Counted from the first letter of the stretch, positions 1-10,080 are shown. The stretch is DNA of 64,000 bases from an uncultured Actinomycetes bacterium (GCA_963767005.1 CAVYCN010000006.1:1-64000); one strand, 5' to 3'. Numbers and translations: made by a program. The notes: generated by a model not told the origin, from the sequence alone.

Positions 1-603
1 GGCCGGCTGCACGGTGGCGAGGTCGGGGGTGAAGGCGCCGGCGGTCCAGCGCGGCGAGTCTGCGACGCGCCGCGCCGCGCCGGCGTCGAGCGCCCGCAGG
101 CGCTCGCCCAGGCCGTGGCGTTCGAGCAGGGCGATCGCCTCGCGGTCGGGTCCGGCCTGCCACTCGCCGGCCTGGCCGTAGAGGATGCCCTCGTGGTGGA
201 GCTCGATGTCGGCGCCGTGGCGCTCGCACCAGGCGCCGAGCTCGTCGACGGCGTCGCCGACGGCGGTCGCCCAGCGCAGCCCGGCCTCGTCGCCGAAGCG
301 CCGGCAGATCTCGCCCACGCTCAGCCACGACGACGAGAAGAAGCCGCCGTTGGCGCCGCTGCCGCCGGCGCCGCAGACGGCGGCTTCGAGCAGCACGACG
401 GAGAGGCTGGGCTCGCGCTCGGTGAGCTCGCAGGCGGTCCACAGACCGGCGAAGCCGCCACCGACGATGCACACGTCGGCATCGACCGTGCCCGTGAGCG
501 GCGGGCAGGGCGCACCGGGGTCGGTTTCGAGCGCCCTGTCGAGCCACCAGCTCCGCGCCCCTACCGGCGGCGCCTGCACGCCGCCCCACCCGTCACCAGC
601 CAC
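1..603 (-). CDS. FAD-dependent oxidoreductase (DAO/PuuB-like), runs off the window edge
   Basis: Absent from ORF track. Manual translation from GTG at 603 (GGAGG RBS): SWWLDRAL...DADVCIVGGGFAGLWTA...LLEAAVCGAGGSGANGG, a Rossmann GxGxxG plus GxSxxNGG motif. Confidence 0.85.
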   Translation of the reverse strand, partial: MAGDGWGGVQAPPVGARSWWLDRALETDPGAPCPPLTGTVDADVCIVGGGFAGLWTACELTEREPSLSVVLLEAAVCGAGGSGANGGFFSSSWLSVGEICRRFGDEAGLRWATAVGDAVDELGAWCERHGADIELHHEGILYGQAGEWQAGPDREAIALLERHGLGERLRALDAGAARRVADSPRWTAGAFTPDLATVQPA

Positions 604-693
604 CGTCGTCCTCCGTGCTCCGCTTGCCCCACATCCTACCAACCTGCGGCCGCCGACCGCCCGGCCCACGGCGTCCGGCAGGCCACTCCGACG

Positions 694-915
694 TCACTTG
701 CCCCCGTCGGGCACGCGCAGCTCGACCTTGCCGCAGGCGCGGCAGGCGAGCATCTCGAGCGGGATCATGTCTTCGCCGAGCTCGGCGAACTCGCCGAACA
801 TCATCTTCCAGCCGCCCGTGGTGCCGCCCACGCGGAACTCCTGCTGACCAAAGCTCCAGAGCGGCTGCTGGCAGCGCAGGCAGGTATCGGTGGTCTGCTG
901 CGGCCCCTTGCTCAC
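694..915 (-). CDS. Small zinc-ribbon protein
   Basis: 73 aa with CLRC...CRAC pairs and coding-like composition. Confidence 0.7.
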   Translation of the reverse strand: MSKGPQQTTDTCLRCQQPLWSFGQQEFRVGGTTGGWKMMFGEFAELGEDMIPLEMLACRACGKVELRVPDGGK

Positions 916-974
916 GAGTCCCCCAGTGTCGATGTCGGCGAAGGCCGCGCCCGCTGCGGACGCTTGACCGCGGC

Positions 975-1409
975 CTACAGGTCTGCGGCGATGCTGCCCT
1001 GCATGAGGCGGGCGAGCAGCGCGGCGTTCGCGGCGATCTCGCGCTCGACCGCAGCGACGTCGGTCTCGACGCCGCCGACCGCCGCCTGGCGGTACCCGAG
1101 CGGCCCGCTCGCCGAGAAGTCGTCCTCGGCGATCAGCACGCCGAAGGTCCGCTCGACCGGCGGCTCGACGACGTCGTCGAGCGGGTTGTGCTCGCGCTCG
1201 GCGGCGTCGATCGCCAGCAGCTGGCGCGCCTGCTCGGCCGACGCCTCGGTCAGGCCGATGACGATCACCTCGCGCGGGTCGGCCGCGTTCAGCACGGTGA
1301 GCATGCGGTTGGACACGCCGAAGCCGGTGGTGTGATACCAGGCTCTGCGGAAGTCGTCGTAGGTCTTGCCCTCGCGCAGCCTGCGCCTGAGGATCGCCGC
1401 CGTGATCAC
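975..1409 (-). CDS. Hypothetical protein
   Basis: Frame with natural composition (RRLREGKTYDDFRRAWY); probable GTG start at 1409; TAG stop. Confidence 0.65.
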   Translation of the reverse strand: MITAAILRRRLREGKTYDDFRRAWYHTTGFGVSNRMLTVLNAADPREVIVIGLTEASAEQARQLLAIDAAEREHNPLDDVVEPPVERTFGVLIAEDDFSASGPLGYRQAAVGGVETDVAAVEREIAANAALLARLMQGSIAADL

Positions 1410-1649
1410 GCGATCACCCCTTTCGGCTCGCCGACCGCCGCCACTCACGGCCACGATACGGCGAAGCCCTCGGTTGCGGGGACAAGCCTACGGCTCACGA
1501 AGCAGTTGGTCGAGGAGCCATGCGCGAGGGTTCGCGCTGCGATGGGGCAGGTTTCGCTCGGCAGGCGACGGCGGCGCGGCGGTCAGGTACCGCTCACCTC
1601 GAAGCCCGGCAGCTCGGCGACCACGCCCTGACGCGCGCTCTGGCCATGT

Positions 1650-2402
1650 CTAGGGCACCGTGAAGATCGCCGCCCCGTTCGGGCCGTAGGCGGTGATGCT
1701 GAACTCGTTGCCCTGCAGCGTGTATTGGTACTGACCCGGCCCGGTGCCCGGCGTCATGGCCTTCCCCGTGTACGGGTCGGTCGGCCACTGCTCGACGTAC
1801 TGCGCGACGTCGCCGCCCGGCACGACCATGTAGGGCGGCGGGTAGGCGTCCTCATGCTTGACGGCCCACGTCTGCACGGCGATCTGGATGTCGTGCACCC
1901 CCGCCATGATCTGGTCGGCGCAGGCGCTCGCGTCGGGCGTCGGCGTCGGCGCCGACGACGGGATCGGCTTCAGGGTCTCGACCACGTCGGGCGCCCCGGC
2001 AGTCGAGCTGGGAGCGGTGAGCACGACGTGGCCGTGCTCCAGTGAGAGGACACCGGTCCCGCCGGTCCCGGAGCTCGCCGCGACGAGCTTGCCGTTCGCC
2101 AGCAGGAACCGGGCAGACTCAATCGCGACCGGGATCGTTACAAGGAACTCGGAGCCGCTTCGCGTGATGTCGACCTCGTACCACGCGTTCATCTGCGGGC
2201 CGAAGGCTTTCCAGCGCCCGACGAAGGCGCCGCCTGGTCCGGCGTCGTGAACGCTCTGACCGCCCGGTGCCGGCCGGCTCGCCGGTCTGGCGGCAAAGGC
2301 CATGGCGACGGCGGCGATCGCCAGGCAGACGACCACGAGGATCAGCAGGTCTCGTTGCGACAGCCGCACCGTGCCCCCAAGTCGCATGGTATGACGTCCC
2401 AC
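1650..2402 (-). CDS. Membrane-anchored/secreted protein with pilin or pseudopilin-like C-terminal domain
   Basis: N-terminal hydrophobic helix, Pro/Thr linker, C-terminal IQIAVQTW...YP...WPTDPYTG...YQY similar to GspG-like domains. Confidence 0.55.
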   Translation of the reverse strand: MGRHTMRLGGTVRLSQRDLLILVVVCLAIAAVAMAFAARPASRPAPGGQSVHDAGPGGAFVGRWKAFGPQMNAWYEVDITRSGSEFLVTIPVAIESARFLLANGKLVAASSGTGGTGVLSLEHGHVVLTAPSSTAGAPDVVETLKPIPSSAPTPTPDASACADQIMAGVHDIQIAVQTWAVKHEDAYPPPYMVVPGGDVAQYVEQWPTDPYTGKAMTPGTGPGQYQYTLQGNEFSITAYGPNGAAIFTVP

Positions 2403-2497
2403 GTATCGTCACGGAGCCACGGCGACTTGAAGGGTCGGCTCGGAGGCTCAGACCCTGACCGGCGGCCGGGCCGCAGGCCCGGCCGCCCTCCGGCGCC

Positions 2498-3082
2498 TCA
2501 GACCCTCACGAGCGCCCGCGCCGCGGCGATCAGGTCGTCGCGGCCCTGCCAGTCGCCGGCGTCCTGCAGCCCGGTGGCGACGAGCTCGCCGGCCGGCTTC
2601 ATGCCGAGCCAGCTCATGCCGTAGGCGATCGTCGAGTAGACCTGCAGGCCGAAGAAGACCGGGGTGTCGGCCTGCGTCGTGATCACGTAGAGCGGCTTGC
2701 CGGGGGCGATGCGCGGCACGGGCTGCTCGCCGGCGGGCACGCCCTCGAAGGGCATGAGCGCGTAGCAGCGGTCGACGATCGCCTTGATCTGGGCCGTGAG
2801 GCCGTAGAAGTAGACGGGGCTCGCCAGCAGCAGCGCGTCGCAGTCGCGGATGGCGGCGTAGACGGCGTGCATGTCGTCCTTTTGCACGCAGACCGCGTCG
2901 GCGGCGCGCTTGCACGATTCGCAGGCCAGACAGCCGGCGACCTTCAGGTCGCGCGCCGCCACGACCTCGGCGGTCGCGCCGCGCTCCTGGGCACCCTCGA
3001 CGGCATGGCGCATGAGTGCCGTGCTGTTGCCGTTCCTGCGCGGGCTCCCCGCAATCGCCAAGAGCTTCACCGTCGCCTCCAC
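2498..3082 (-). CDS. Flavodoxin-family iron-sulfur flavoprotein / NADPH-dependent FMN reductase
   Basis: GSPRRNGNS, CLACESC...CVQKDDM, ASPVYFY, KAIVDR motifs. Confidence 0.85.
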   Translation of the reverse strand: MEATVKLLAIAGSPRRNGNSTALMRHAVEGAQERGATAEVVAARDLKVAGCLACESCKRAADAVCVQKDDMHAVYAAIRDCDALLLASPVYFYGLTAQIKAIVDRCYALMPFEGVPAGEQPVPRIAPGKPLYVITTQADTPVFFGLQVYSTIAYGMSWLGMKPAGELVATGLQDAGDWQGRDDLIAAARALVRV

Positions 3083-3139
3083 TCCCCGTCGTTCACGAAC
3101 GTTCGGCAGTGTATACCGGGCGACGAGATGGACGCGGAC

Positions 3140-3556
3140 TCACACCCCGATGACGTCGAAGCCGAGCGCTGCGGCCGCGCCGGCGAGCTTCGTGTCGTGC
3201 GTGGCGAAGGCGAGCGAAGGCTCACGGTGTCCGCGCCACTCCAGGGCGGTCGCCAGGTGGATGGCGTCGAGCGTGGGCAGCGGCGCAGGCAACGGCCCCG
3301 CGGCGCGCTCGAGGATCTCGGGCGTGATCAGGACGCGTTCGGCCCGCCGCAGCTTGTCGTAGACGGCCCGGCGCCGAGCCAGGTACTCGTCGTGCCCCAT
3401 GGGGCCGGTCAGTCGCAGGTTCTCGACGGCGCGCAGGCACTCAGCTTCGGCCAGGACCGACGTGACCAGCCCATCGCAGCGGTCGAGATCGGTGAGCTGG
3501 CCGGGCTGGTCGAGCACGAAGCGCAGAAACACCGACGAGTCGACATAGGCGATCAC
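3140..3556 (-). CDS. vapC: PIN-domain toxin (VapC family)
   Basis: YVDSS N-terminus, TLDAIHLATA, FATHDTKL. Confidence 0.9.
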   Translation of the reverse strand: MIAYVDSSVFLRFVLDQPGQLTDLDRCDGLVTSVLAEAECLRAVENLRLTGPMGHDEYLARRRAVYDKLRRAERVLITPEILERAAGPLPAPLPTLDAIHLATALEWRGHREPSLAFATHDTKLAGAAAALGFDVIGV

Positions 3557-3837
3557 CCGGCGGCGTCGCTCGCGTCGCTGCGGTCTTCCCGCCCCTCGCG
3601 GATGAGCTCGACGGCGTCGGGTGCGTCGGCGTGCCCACCGTACACCGGTGCAGACAACGGGGGCGCCGCCGGGTCGGGCGGGATCGACTGGAGACCGTCA
3701 TCGCCGGAGATGTCGTGCGGCCCGAGCGTGGCCACGGGGATGTCCCGACTCACGACCGTGAACGACCTGCCCGCGCGCACCTCGCGCAGGTAGTGACTGA
3801 GCCTGGACTTGAGCTGAGCGACGGTCACGCGTTCCAT
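3553..3837 (-). CDS. Phd/YefM-type antitoxin
   Basis: MERVTVAQLKSRLSHYLREVRAGRSFTVVSRDIPVA; overlaps the toxin start by 4 nt. Confidence 0.85.
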   Translation of the reverse strand: MERVTVAQLKSRLSHYLREVRAGRSFTVVSRDIPVATLGPHDISGDDGLQSIPPDPAAPPLSAPVYGGHADAPDAVELIREGREDRSDASDAAG

Positions 3838-3871
3838 GGTCACAGTATGACCAGAAATGGTCAAGTTGACA
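3837..3871. promoter_or_regulatory. Toxin-antitoxin autoregulatory operator (TGGTCA/TGACCA inverted repeats)
   Basis: TGGTCA-cagta-TGACCA-gaaa-TGGTCA-agt-TGACAA directly at the antitoxin start. Confidence 0.7.
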
Positions 3872-3907
3872 ACGAGCCGCGGGTCGCCGCGCCGCCCTGA
3901 GGCCGCC

Positions 3908-4504
3908 CTACCTCGCCACGATCACTCTGGCCGGCCGCAGCAGGCGGCCGTGCAGCAGATACCCCGCCTCGAGCACGGCCACGATCGCACCCTCCGAGTA
4001 CTCGTCGGACTCCTGGGCGACGACCGCCTCGTGGACGTTGGGGTCGAACGGCAGGCCGGGGGCGGCCGGCACCTCATCGAGGCCGTGACCCTCGAGCACC
4101 GAGCGCAACTGCCCGGAGACGATCTCCACGCCCTTGATCAGTTGCCCTTCCTGGTGCTGCTCCGCCGCCTCGAGCGTGCGCGCCATGTTGTCGAGCACCG
4201 GCAGCAGCGACTCGATCACGCCCTCGCCGGCGCGCAGCACCAGGGCCTCGTTGTCGCGCTGCACGCGCTTGCGATAGTTCTCGAACTCGGCCTTGAGGCG
4301 CAGGAGCTGGTCGAGGTAGTCCGGGGTCGACCGGTCGGGCTGGACCGAGCAAGCGGGCTCAGCCGACCGGTCGAGCTCGACCTCTCGGACGGGGGGAGCG
4401 TCCGCGTCCTCGTCGCCTGCCTCGGCGGTGTCGTAACTGGCGAGCGCCTCCTCCAGGACCTGGCGCAACTCGCTCGTCGCCGCCCAGGGCTCGCACGAGG
4501 TCAT
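3908..4504 (-). CDS. grpE: Nucleotide exchange factor GrpE
   Basis: LRLKAEFENYRKR, LLPVLDN, FDPNVHEAV, GYLLHGRLLRPARVIVA. Confidence 0.9.
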   Translation of the reverse strand: MTSCEPWAATSELRQVLEEALASYDTAEAGDEDADAPPVREVELDRSAEPACSVQPDRSTPDYLDQLLRLKAEFENYRKRVQRDNEALVLRAGEGVIESLLPVLDNMARTLEAAEQHQEGQLIKGVEIVSGQLRSVLEGHGLDEVPAAPGLPFDPNVHEAVVAQESDEYSEGAIVAVLEAGYLLHGRLLRPARVIVAR

Positions 4505-4573
4505 CGCGCTACCTCGCCGCGGTCTTTGTCGCGGCGGTCGGCGACCCACGGAGCACGATGGACCGCCCCCGCG

Positions 4574-5884
4574 TCATGTCTGGGAGAAGCGCGCGAACAC
4601 GGCGCGGGCCTGCTCGAAATCGGCGCGGGCCTCGGCGGTCCGGCCCAGGGTGGACAGCACCTTGGCCCGGCTCATGACGCAGCGGGCCGCCTCGACCTTC
4701 TGGTCGTGCTGCTCGTAGAGCGAGCGGGCCTCCTCGTAGGCGGACAGAGCCTCGGTGGAGCGGCCGAGGTTGCGCAGAGCGTCGGCGTTGCCCAGCTTGC
4801 AACGGGCCACTTCGAGGTCCTGGCTGAGACGCCGGTAGACGGCCTCGGCCTCCTCGAAGAGAGATGAGGCCTCGCCGAAACGCCCGAGACTGGCCAAGGT
4901 GCTCGCGCGCTGGACCGTGCAGCGGGCTTGCCCGCTATCGTGGCCGTGGCGCTCGTAGATCGCGCGCGCCTCTTCGTAGCCTGCCAGCGCGTCCTGATAA
5001 TGTCCCAACGCCGCGTGAACGACGGCGCGATTGGCCAGACAGGCAGCCGCCTCGGCCTCGCAGCCGCAACGCTCGAGCACCGCCTGGGCGGCGTCGTACC
5101 CGGCCATCGCTTCGGAGAGACGTCCAAGATTCGCCAGCACGTTGGCCCGGTTGGCCGTGCAGCGCGCGGCGTCGACCTCGCCACCGAGGCGCACCAGAGC
5201 CTCCTCCGCCTTCTGGTAGGCGGCGAGCGCGTCGTCGAAGCGACCCAGATTGGCCAGTGCGACGGCGCGGTTCATGACGCAGCGCGCCGCGTCGACCTCG
5301 CAACCAAGGCGGGCAAGAACGCCCTGGGCGGCGTCGTAGCCGGCCAGGGCCTCCGCGAAGCGGCCCGCGGCCGCCAGCACGTTGGCCCGGTCGGCCGCGC
5401 AGCGCGCCGCCTCGATCTCGGCGCCGGCGCGCAGGTAAAGTGCTTGCGCGTTCTCGTAGGCGCCGAGGGCGTCCGCGTAGCGGCCCGCGGCCGCCAGGCG
5501 GTGTGCCAGCTTCCGGGCCGCCGTCGCGCCGTGGGGGTCGCTGTGCGGCTGGGCGGGGCTGCCGTCCTGGGCCGCCGCAGGCTCGGTCGTCTGTGTGCGG
5601 CCGCCGGGGGTGCCTCTGCCGTCGCGGTGGGCGGCGGCGCGACTGCGCCGGCGAAACGCAAAGACCACGTGCCGGCGCTGCCCGTCACGATCGTCGGGGA
5701 CGCTCCTGAGCCTCTCACACTCACGTTCGGCGCTCAGTGGTCTGCAGTCGTCGACCATGGTCATTGTTCTGCTCCTTGCCACGACACTCTTGCTCTGTAT
5801 TTCGGCACCTCGCGGCAGGCGCTCAATGGGCATCGCACCCAGTCGCTCTAGGTACTGCGCCCCGACTTTGGGCGCAATCGTCAA
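4574..5884 (-). CDS. Tetratricopeptide-repeat protein (true start uncertain, probably downstream of 5884)
   Basis: About 7 repeats of ~40 aa (ARCxxNRAxxLxxLGRFxEALxxYxxA). Confidence 0.8.
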   Translation of the reverse strand: MTIAPKVGAQYLERLGAMPIERLPRGAEIQSKSVVARSRTMTMVDDCRPLSAERECERLRSVPDDRDGQRRHVVFAFRRRSRAAAHRDGRGTPGGRTQTTEPAAAQDGSPAQPHSDPHGATAARKLAHRLAAAGRYADALGAYENAQALYLRAGAEIEAARCAADRANVLAAAGRFAEALAGYDAAQGVLARLGCEVDAARCVMNRAVALANLGRFDDALAAYQKAEEALVRLGGEVDAARCTANRANVLANLGRLSEAMAGYDAAQAVLERCGCEAEAAACLANRAVVHAALGHYQDALAGYEEARAIYERHGHDSGQARCTVQRASTLASLGRFGEASSLFEEAEAVYRRLSQDLEVARCKLGNADALRNLGRSTEALSAYEEARSLYEQHDQKVEAARCVMSRAKVLSTLGRTAEARADFEQARAVFARFSQT

Positions 5885-5916
5885 CTTGGTCGAGACGGTT
5901 GCCGATTCTTCTTGGC

Positions 5917-6267
5917 ATGAGCGACTTCTACCAGATCCTCGGCATCGCGCAGCAGGCGTCGGAGAGCGAGATCCGCACGGCGTATCGCAGGCTGGCGCGC
6001 CAGTATCATCCCGACCGCAACCCGGGCGACTCGACCTGCGAGGCGAAGTTCGTCGAGATCAACGAGGCCCACGCGACGCTCGCCGATCCCGAGAAACGCC
6101 GCAAGTACGACACGCTCCAGCGCCTGCACCTGCGCGACGCTCGCAGCGGCCGCCCGCAACCGCGCACCGCTACGACGCAGTTCGACCAGCGCCTCTTCCA
6201 CCAGGGCAGCCGCGTCTTTCAGATGGGGAAGTTCGCCGACGTGCTCGCCGGTCTGAGCGAAGCGTAA
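5917..6267 (+). CDS. Small J-domain (DnaJ-like) protein
   Basis: [10 protein letters not shown]...[13 protein letters not shown]...[21 protein letters not shown], with HPD motif; no zinc finger or C-terminal domain. Confidence 0.85.
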   Translation: MSDFYQILGIAQQASESEIRTAYRRLARQYHPDRNPGDSTCEAKFVEINEAHATLADPEKRRKYDTLQRLHLRDARSGRPQPRTATTQFDQRLFHQGSRVFQMGKFADVLAGLSEA

Positions 6268-6268
6268 G

Positions 6269-6314
6269 GGCGCGGGGGCGCGGCGGTCGCGAGCGACCGC
6301 CGCGCCCCCGCGCC
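6269..6314. terminator. Perfect 22-bp inverted repeat between convergent genes (bidirectional terminator)
   Basis: GGCGCGGGGGCGCGGCGGTCGC-GA-GCGACCGCCGCGCCCCCGCGCC. Confidence 0.7.
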
Positions 6315-6322
6315 ACCGTCTC

Positions 6323-8392
6323 CTACTCGATCTTCGGCAACCGCCGCTCGGCGACCTCGGCGCTGATCTCGCTCACGAACTGCTCGACCGGTACCGAGCC
6401 GGTCTCCTCGCCGCGCGCCCTCACGGAGACGGCGCGGGCCTGCTCCTCGCGGTCGCCCACGACGAGCAGGTAGGGCACCTTCTGGAGCTGGCCGTCCCTG
6501 ATCCTCTTCCCCACGCTCTCGGAGCGGTCGTCGAGCTCGGCGCGCAGACCGGCGACGCGCAGCGCCTCCATGACGCCGGTGGCGTAGCCGGCGTGGCGAT
6601 CGCTCACCGGCAGCACCAGGGCCTGCACCGGCGCGAGCCAGGTCGGCAGGTTGCCGCCGTAGTGCTCGAGCAGGATGCCCATGAAGCGCTCGATCGAGCC
6701 CAGCATGGCGCGGTGGATCATGACCGGGCGGTGCTCCTCGTTGTCGGCGCCGGTATAGGTGATGTCGAGGGTCTCGGGCATGGCGAAGTCGACCTGGATG
6801 GTGCCGCACTGCCAGCTGCGGCCCATGACGTCGCGAATGTGAAAGTCAATCTTGGGGCCGTAGAAGGCGCCGTCGCCGGGGTTCAACTGGTAGGCCATCG
6901 GCACGACCATGCCGGCCGGGTCGCGCAGCGGCTCGCCGTCGGGCCCGCGCTCGGGCTCGGCTTCGAGCACGTGGCGCAGGGCGTCTTCGGCTGAGGCCCA
7001 CATCTCGTCGGTGCCGATCGAGCCGTCGGGCCGGGTCGAGAGCTCGATGTGCACGTCGGAAAAGCCGAAGTCGGCGTAGATGTGCAGCATGAAGCGCAGC
7101 ACGCCACGCACCTCGTCTTCGAGCTGCTCGGGGGTGCAGAAGATGTGGGCGTCGTCCTGGGTGAAGTAGCGCACGCGGAACAGACCGTGCAGCACGCCGC
7201 TCATCTCGTGGCGGTGCACCTGGCCGAGCTCGGCCCAGCGCATGGGCAGGTCGCGGTAGCTGCGCCGCCGGCTCTTGTAGACGAGCAGGCCGCCGGGGCA
7301 GTTCATGGGCTTCACGGCAAAGGGCGCGCCGTCGATCTCGGTGAAGTACATGTTGTCGCGGTAGTGGTCCCAGTGGCCCGAGCGCTCCCAGAGCTCGCGG
7401 CGCAGGATCTGCGGGGTGCGCAGCTCCTCGTAGCCGGCCTTCACGTGCTCCTCGCGCCAGTAGTCGATGATGGCGTTCCAGACGCGCATGCCCTTGGGGT
7501 GGAAGAAGGGGAATCCGGGACCCTCGTCGTGGAAGCTGAACAGGTCGAGGTCGCGGCCGATGCGGCGGTGGTCGCGCTGGCGCGCCATCTCCAAGGCCGC
7601 GAGGTGGGCGGCGAGCTCCTCCTTTTTGGCGAAGGCGGTGCCGTAGATGCGGGTGAGCTGGGCGTTCTTCTCGTCGCCGCGCCAGTAGGCGCCGGCCAGG
7701 CTGGTGAGCTTGAAGGTGCCCTTGCCGATGCGCCCGGTGCTGGGCAGGTGGGGCCCGCGGCAGAGATCGACGAACTCGCCCTGGGTGTAGACCGAGATGG
7801 TCGGCACCGGCTCGCCGGCCGCCTTGGCGGCCGCCACCAGATCCTGCACGAGCTCGACTTTGAAGGGCTGGTCGAGGCCGGTCCGCAGGCCCTGCTCGGA
7901 AGCGCCGACGTCGGCCGGGCCGAAGACGAGCATGGCCTCGTCGACCGGCAGCTCGTGGCGAGCCACCGGCAGGTTCTCGGCGACGACCTTGGCCATCTCC
8001 TCTTCGATGCGCGGAAAGTCGGCGTCGGAGACGGGCTGAGCGAACTGGAAGTCGTAGTAGAAGCCGTTCTCGATGGTCGGCCCGATCGAGTACCTGGTCT
8101 CGGGCCACAAGCGCATGACCGCCTGGGCCAGCACGTGCGAGCAGCTATGGCGCAGGATGTCGAGACCGTCCGGCGAGTCGAGGGTGATGATGGCGACCTG
8201 GTCGCCGTCGCGGAGTGGGTGGGTCAGGTCGACGAGGCGAGGGGCTTCTGAGTGCCCGTCGTGCGCCGCGACTGCGGCAGCTACCGCCGCCTTCGCCAGT
8301 CGCGGCCCGATCGCCTGCGCGGCGTCGAGCGCGGTTGCGCCGTCGGGGAGTTCGAGCGGGGAGCCGTCGGGCAGGGTGACGTGGAGGGGCAT
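6323..8392 (-). CDS. thrS: Threonine--tRNA ligase
   Basis: TGS domain, HSCSHVLAQAV, DLCRGPHL, RDHRRIG, KPMNCP, GAFYGPKID, WQCGTIQVDF, HRAMLGSIERF. Confidence 0.98.
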   Translation of the reverse strand: MPLHVTLPDGSPLELPDGATALDAAQAIGPRLAKAAVAAAVAAHDGHSEAPRLVDLTHPLRDGDQVAIITLDSPDGLDILRHSCSHVLAQAVMRLWPETRYSIGPTIENGFYYDFQFAQPVSDADFPRIEEEMAKVVAENLPVARHELPVDEAMLVFGPADVGASEQGLRTGLDQPFKVELVQDLVAAAKAAGEPVPTISVYTQGEFVDLCRGPHLPSTGRIGKGTFKLTSLAGAYWRGDEKNAQLTRIYGTAFAKKEELAAHLAALEMARQRDHRRIGRDLDLFSFHDEGPGFPFFHPKGMRVWNAIIDYWREEHVKAGYEELRTPQILRRELWERSGHWDHYRDNMYFTEIDGAPFAVKPMNCPGGLLVYKSRRRSYRDLPMRWAELGQVHRHEMSGVLHGLFRVRYFTQDDAHIFCTPEQLEDEVRGVLRFMLHIYADFGFSDVHIELSTRPDGSIGTDEMWASAEDALRHVLEAEPERGPDGEPLRDPAGMVVPMAYQLNPGDGAFYGPKIDFHIRDVMGRSWQCGTIQVDFAMPETLDITYTGADNEEHRPVMIHRAMLGSIERFMGILLEHYGGNLPTWLAPVQALVLPVSDRHAGYATGVMEALRVAGLRAELDDRSESVGKRIRDGQLQKVPYLLVVGDREEQARAVSVRARGEETGSVPVEQFVSEISAEVAERRLPKIE

Positions 8393-8526
8393 GCTGACAC
8401 CGGTCCTTTCGTGCCTCGCGCCCGCGCACGTTGCGGGGGCTGTTGACCGGGTGAGTGTAGCAGAAGGCGGTTACTCAGAAGGAGGACGCGAGACCCACAG
8501 GAATGTAGTATCCATTGTCAACCGCC

Positions 8527-9612
8527 ATGGTCTTCCAGCCCGACATCCGGCCCGGCAGCGAGCTCGACTCAAAGGACCTCAACAGCATCTTCAGAGGTCA
8601 ACAGCAGGGCGGCATGCGGTACTCCAAGGCCACGAACAGCCTGGTGTTGGTCACCGACCGGAAGAAGCTGTCCGGCACATCGATCTACGGCGACGAGTGG
8701 ATCGACAACGCCCTGCACTACCGCGGGACCGGTCAGCGCGGCGACCAGAGCCTCGAGTTCGCCGGCAACGCGAAGCTCATGCACGCACAGAGGGACGACA
8801 CGGGCGTGTTCCTCGTTGAGCGAACCAGGCACGCTCACTATCGATACCTGGGTCGAGTGGAGCTTGCTGGCGATCCGTACCGGCGCAATGAGCCGGACGC
8901 CGACGACAGGATGAGGCTCGTCTGGGTCTTCCCGCTTCGCTCCGTCGACGCCGAACCGCCGGTGCTTGAGGAGGCCGCTGCCACCAACGTCGAGGTTGCG
9001 CCAGCGCTCTCGTTGCTGCCGTCTGATGAGGCGGTAGCGGTCGAGGTTCTGGCACAGGAATCCGGCACCACGCACGAGTCGATTCAGCTCGCGCTCCTCC
9101 AAATGGGGGCGGGCCTTGGCCTCGACGTCTGGGTGGCCAAGAACGACCGGGGCAAGATCGTCGACGGCCAGCCCTTCGCGTCTTTGCCGCGCATGCGGGA
9201 CGCACTTCCTCACCAATTCGACCCCCAGGTCACGAAGATCATCGAGAACATCGATGTGATCTGGCTTCGCGGCAACGGCATTGAGGCTGCCTTCGAGATT
9301 GAGCACACAACGTCGATCTACTCGGGGCTGCTCAGAATGGCCGACCTGATTACGCTGCATCCCAACTTCTTCATCCGGCTCTACGTGGTAGCACCGGACA
9401 TTCGGGAGAAGAAGGTGCTGCAGGAGATTGCCAGGCCTACCTTCGAGGGACTTCCCCGCCCACTCCGAGAGATCTGCGGGTGCATCACGTACTCGCGTCT
9501 GCTTGTGGAGGCCGAGGCGGTCAAGAAGTATGGCAGCCAGCTCAAGCCTGGTTTTCTTCAGGACATCGCTCGCTTCTCTGAGTCACCGGAAGCGTCAGCG
9601 ACGATGGCCTAG
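8527..9612 (+). CDS. Putative modification-dependent restriction endonuclease (SRA-like N-domain plus PD-(D/E)xK-like C-domain)
   Basis: N-terminus GGMRYSKATNSLVLV...YGDEW...LHYRGTGQRGDQ...GN; C-terminus IDVIWL...AAFEIEHTTSIYSGLLRMADL; visibly lower GC than the flanks. Confidence 0.7.
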   Translation: MVFQPDIRPGSELDSKDLNSIFRGQQQGGMRYSKATNSLVLVTDRKKLSGTSIYGDEWIDNALHYRGTGQRGDQSLEFAGNAKLMHAQRDDTGVFLVERTRHAHYRYLGRVELAGDPYRRNEPDADDRMRLVWVFPLRSVDAEPPVLEEAAATNVEVAPALSLLPSDEAVAVEVLAQESGTTHESIQLALLQMGAGLGLDVWVAKNDRGKIVDGQPFASLPRMRDALPHQFDPQVTKIIENIDVIWLRGNGIEAAFEIEHTTSIYSGLLRMADLITLHPNFFIRLYVVAPDIREKKVLQEIARPTFEGLPRPLREICGCITYSRLLVEAEAVKKYGSQLKPGFLQDIARFSESPEASATMA

Positions 9613-9662
9613 CCTCGACCGGACGCTTCCAGGCGCGCTCAAGTCTGGCGCGCCGGATGGCC

Positions 9663-9992
9663 TTACTTCGCCGGCAGAGTGTCCACAAAGGCAAGGCCCA
9701 GCTCGATCCACTCCCGTAGTTGAGCCTCGCTCGCGATGCCGGGCGGGTCGACGTAGACGTACCCGCGCATCGGCCTCCCGCTGAAGTCCATGATGCGGGC
9801 GTGCGGCCGCGCCATGGCCTCGTCGTGGGCCTCCTTGCCGACGCGCACCATCAGCGTCTCGCCCTGGATGCCGGCGAACATGTTGCCGTGCGCCAGCAGG
9901 CAGAGGCCGCCGAACATCGGCTTCTCGTCGATGTCCTTGCGGCCCTCGACCAGCGCGCGTACGCGCTCGGCGAGCTGCTCGTCCCAGGCCAT
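9663..9992 (-). CDS. TfoX/Sxy N-terminal domain protein
   Basis: EKPMFGGLCLL..GNMFAG...MDFSGRPMRGYVYV. Confidence 0.85.
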   Translation of the reverse strand: MAWDEQLAERVRALVEGRKDIDEKPMFGGLCLLAHGNMFAGIQGETLMVRVGKEAHDEAMARPHARIMDFSGRPMRGYVYVDPPGIASEAQLREWIELGLAFVDTLPAK

Positions 9993-10080
9993 GCCGCCTC
10001 CTCTCCCCTTGCCACAGACTACCGGCGTCGTTCCCCGGGTACAGGGTGCAGCAGTCCGCCACCGGGTGTCGGGAGGCATC

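Noticed and set aside
115-1631. Long plus-strand ORFs here and many other Arg/Ala/Pro-rich overlapping or antisense ORFs across the window
   Set aside because: Shadow ORFs caused by high GC; the opposite or alternative frames carry the recognisable proteins.
4574-5520. ~120-bp periodic DNA repeats as a CRISPR-like array
   Set aside because: They are the coding TPR repeats.
6880-7930. Insertions in ThrRS as inteins or a new domain
   Set aside because: Only short (about 15-25 aa) loop insertions with no intein motifs.
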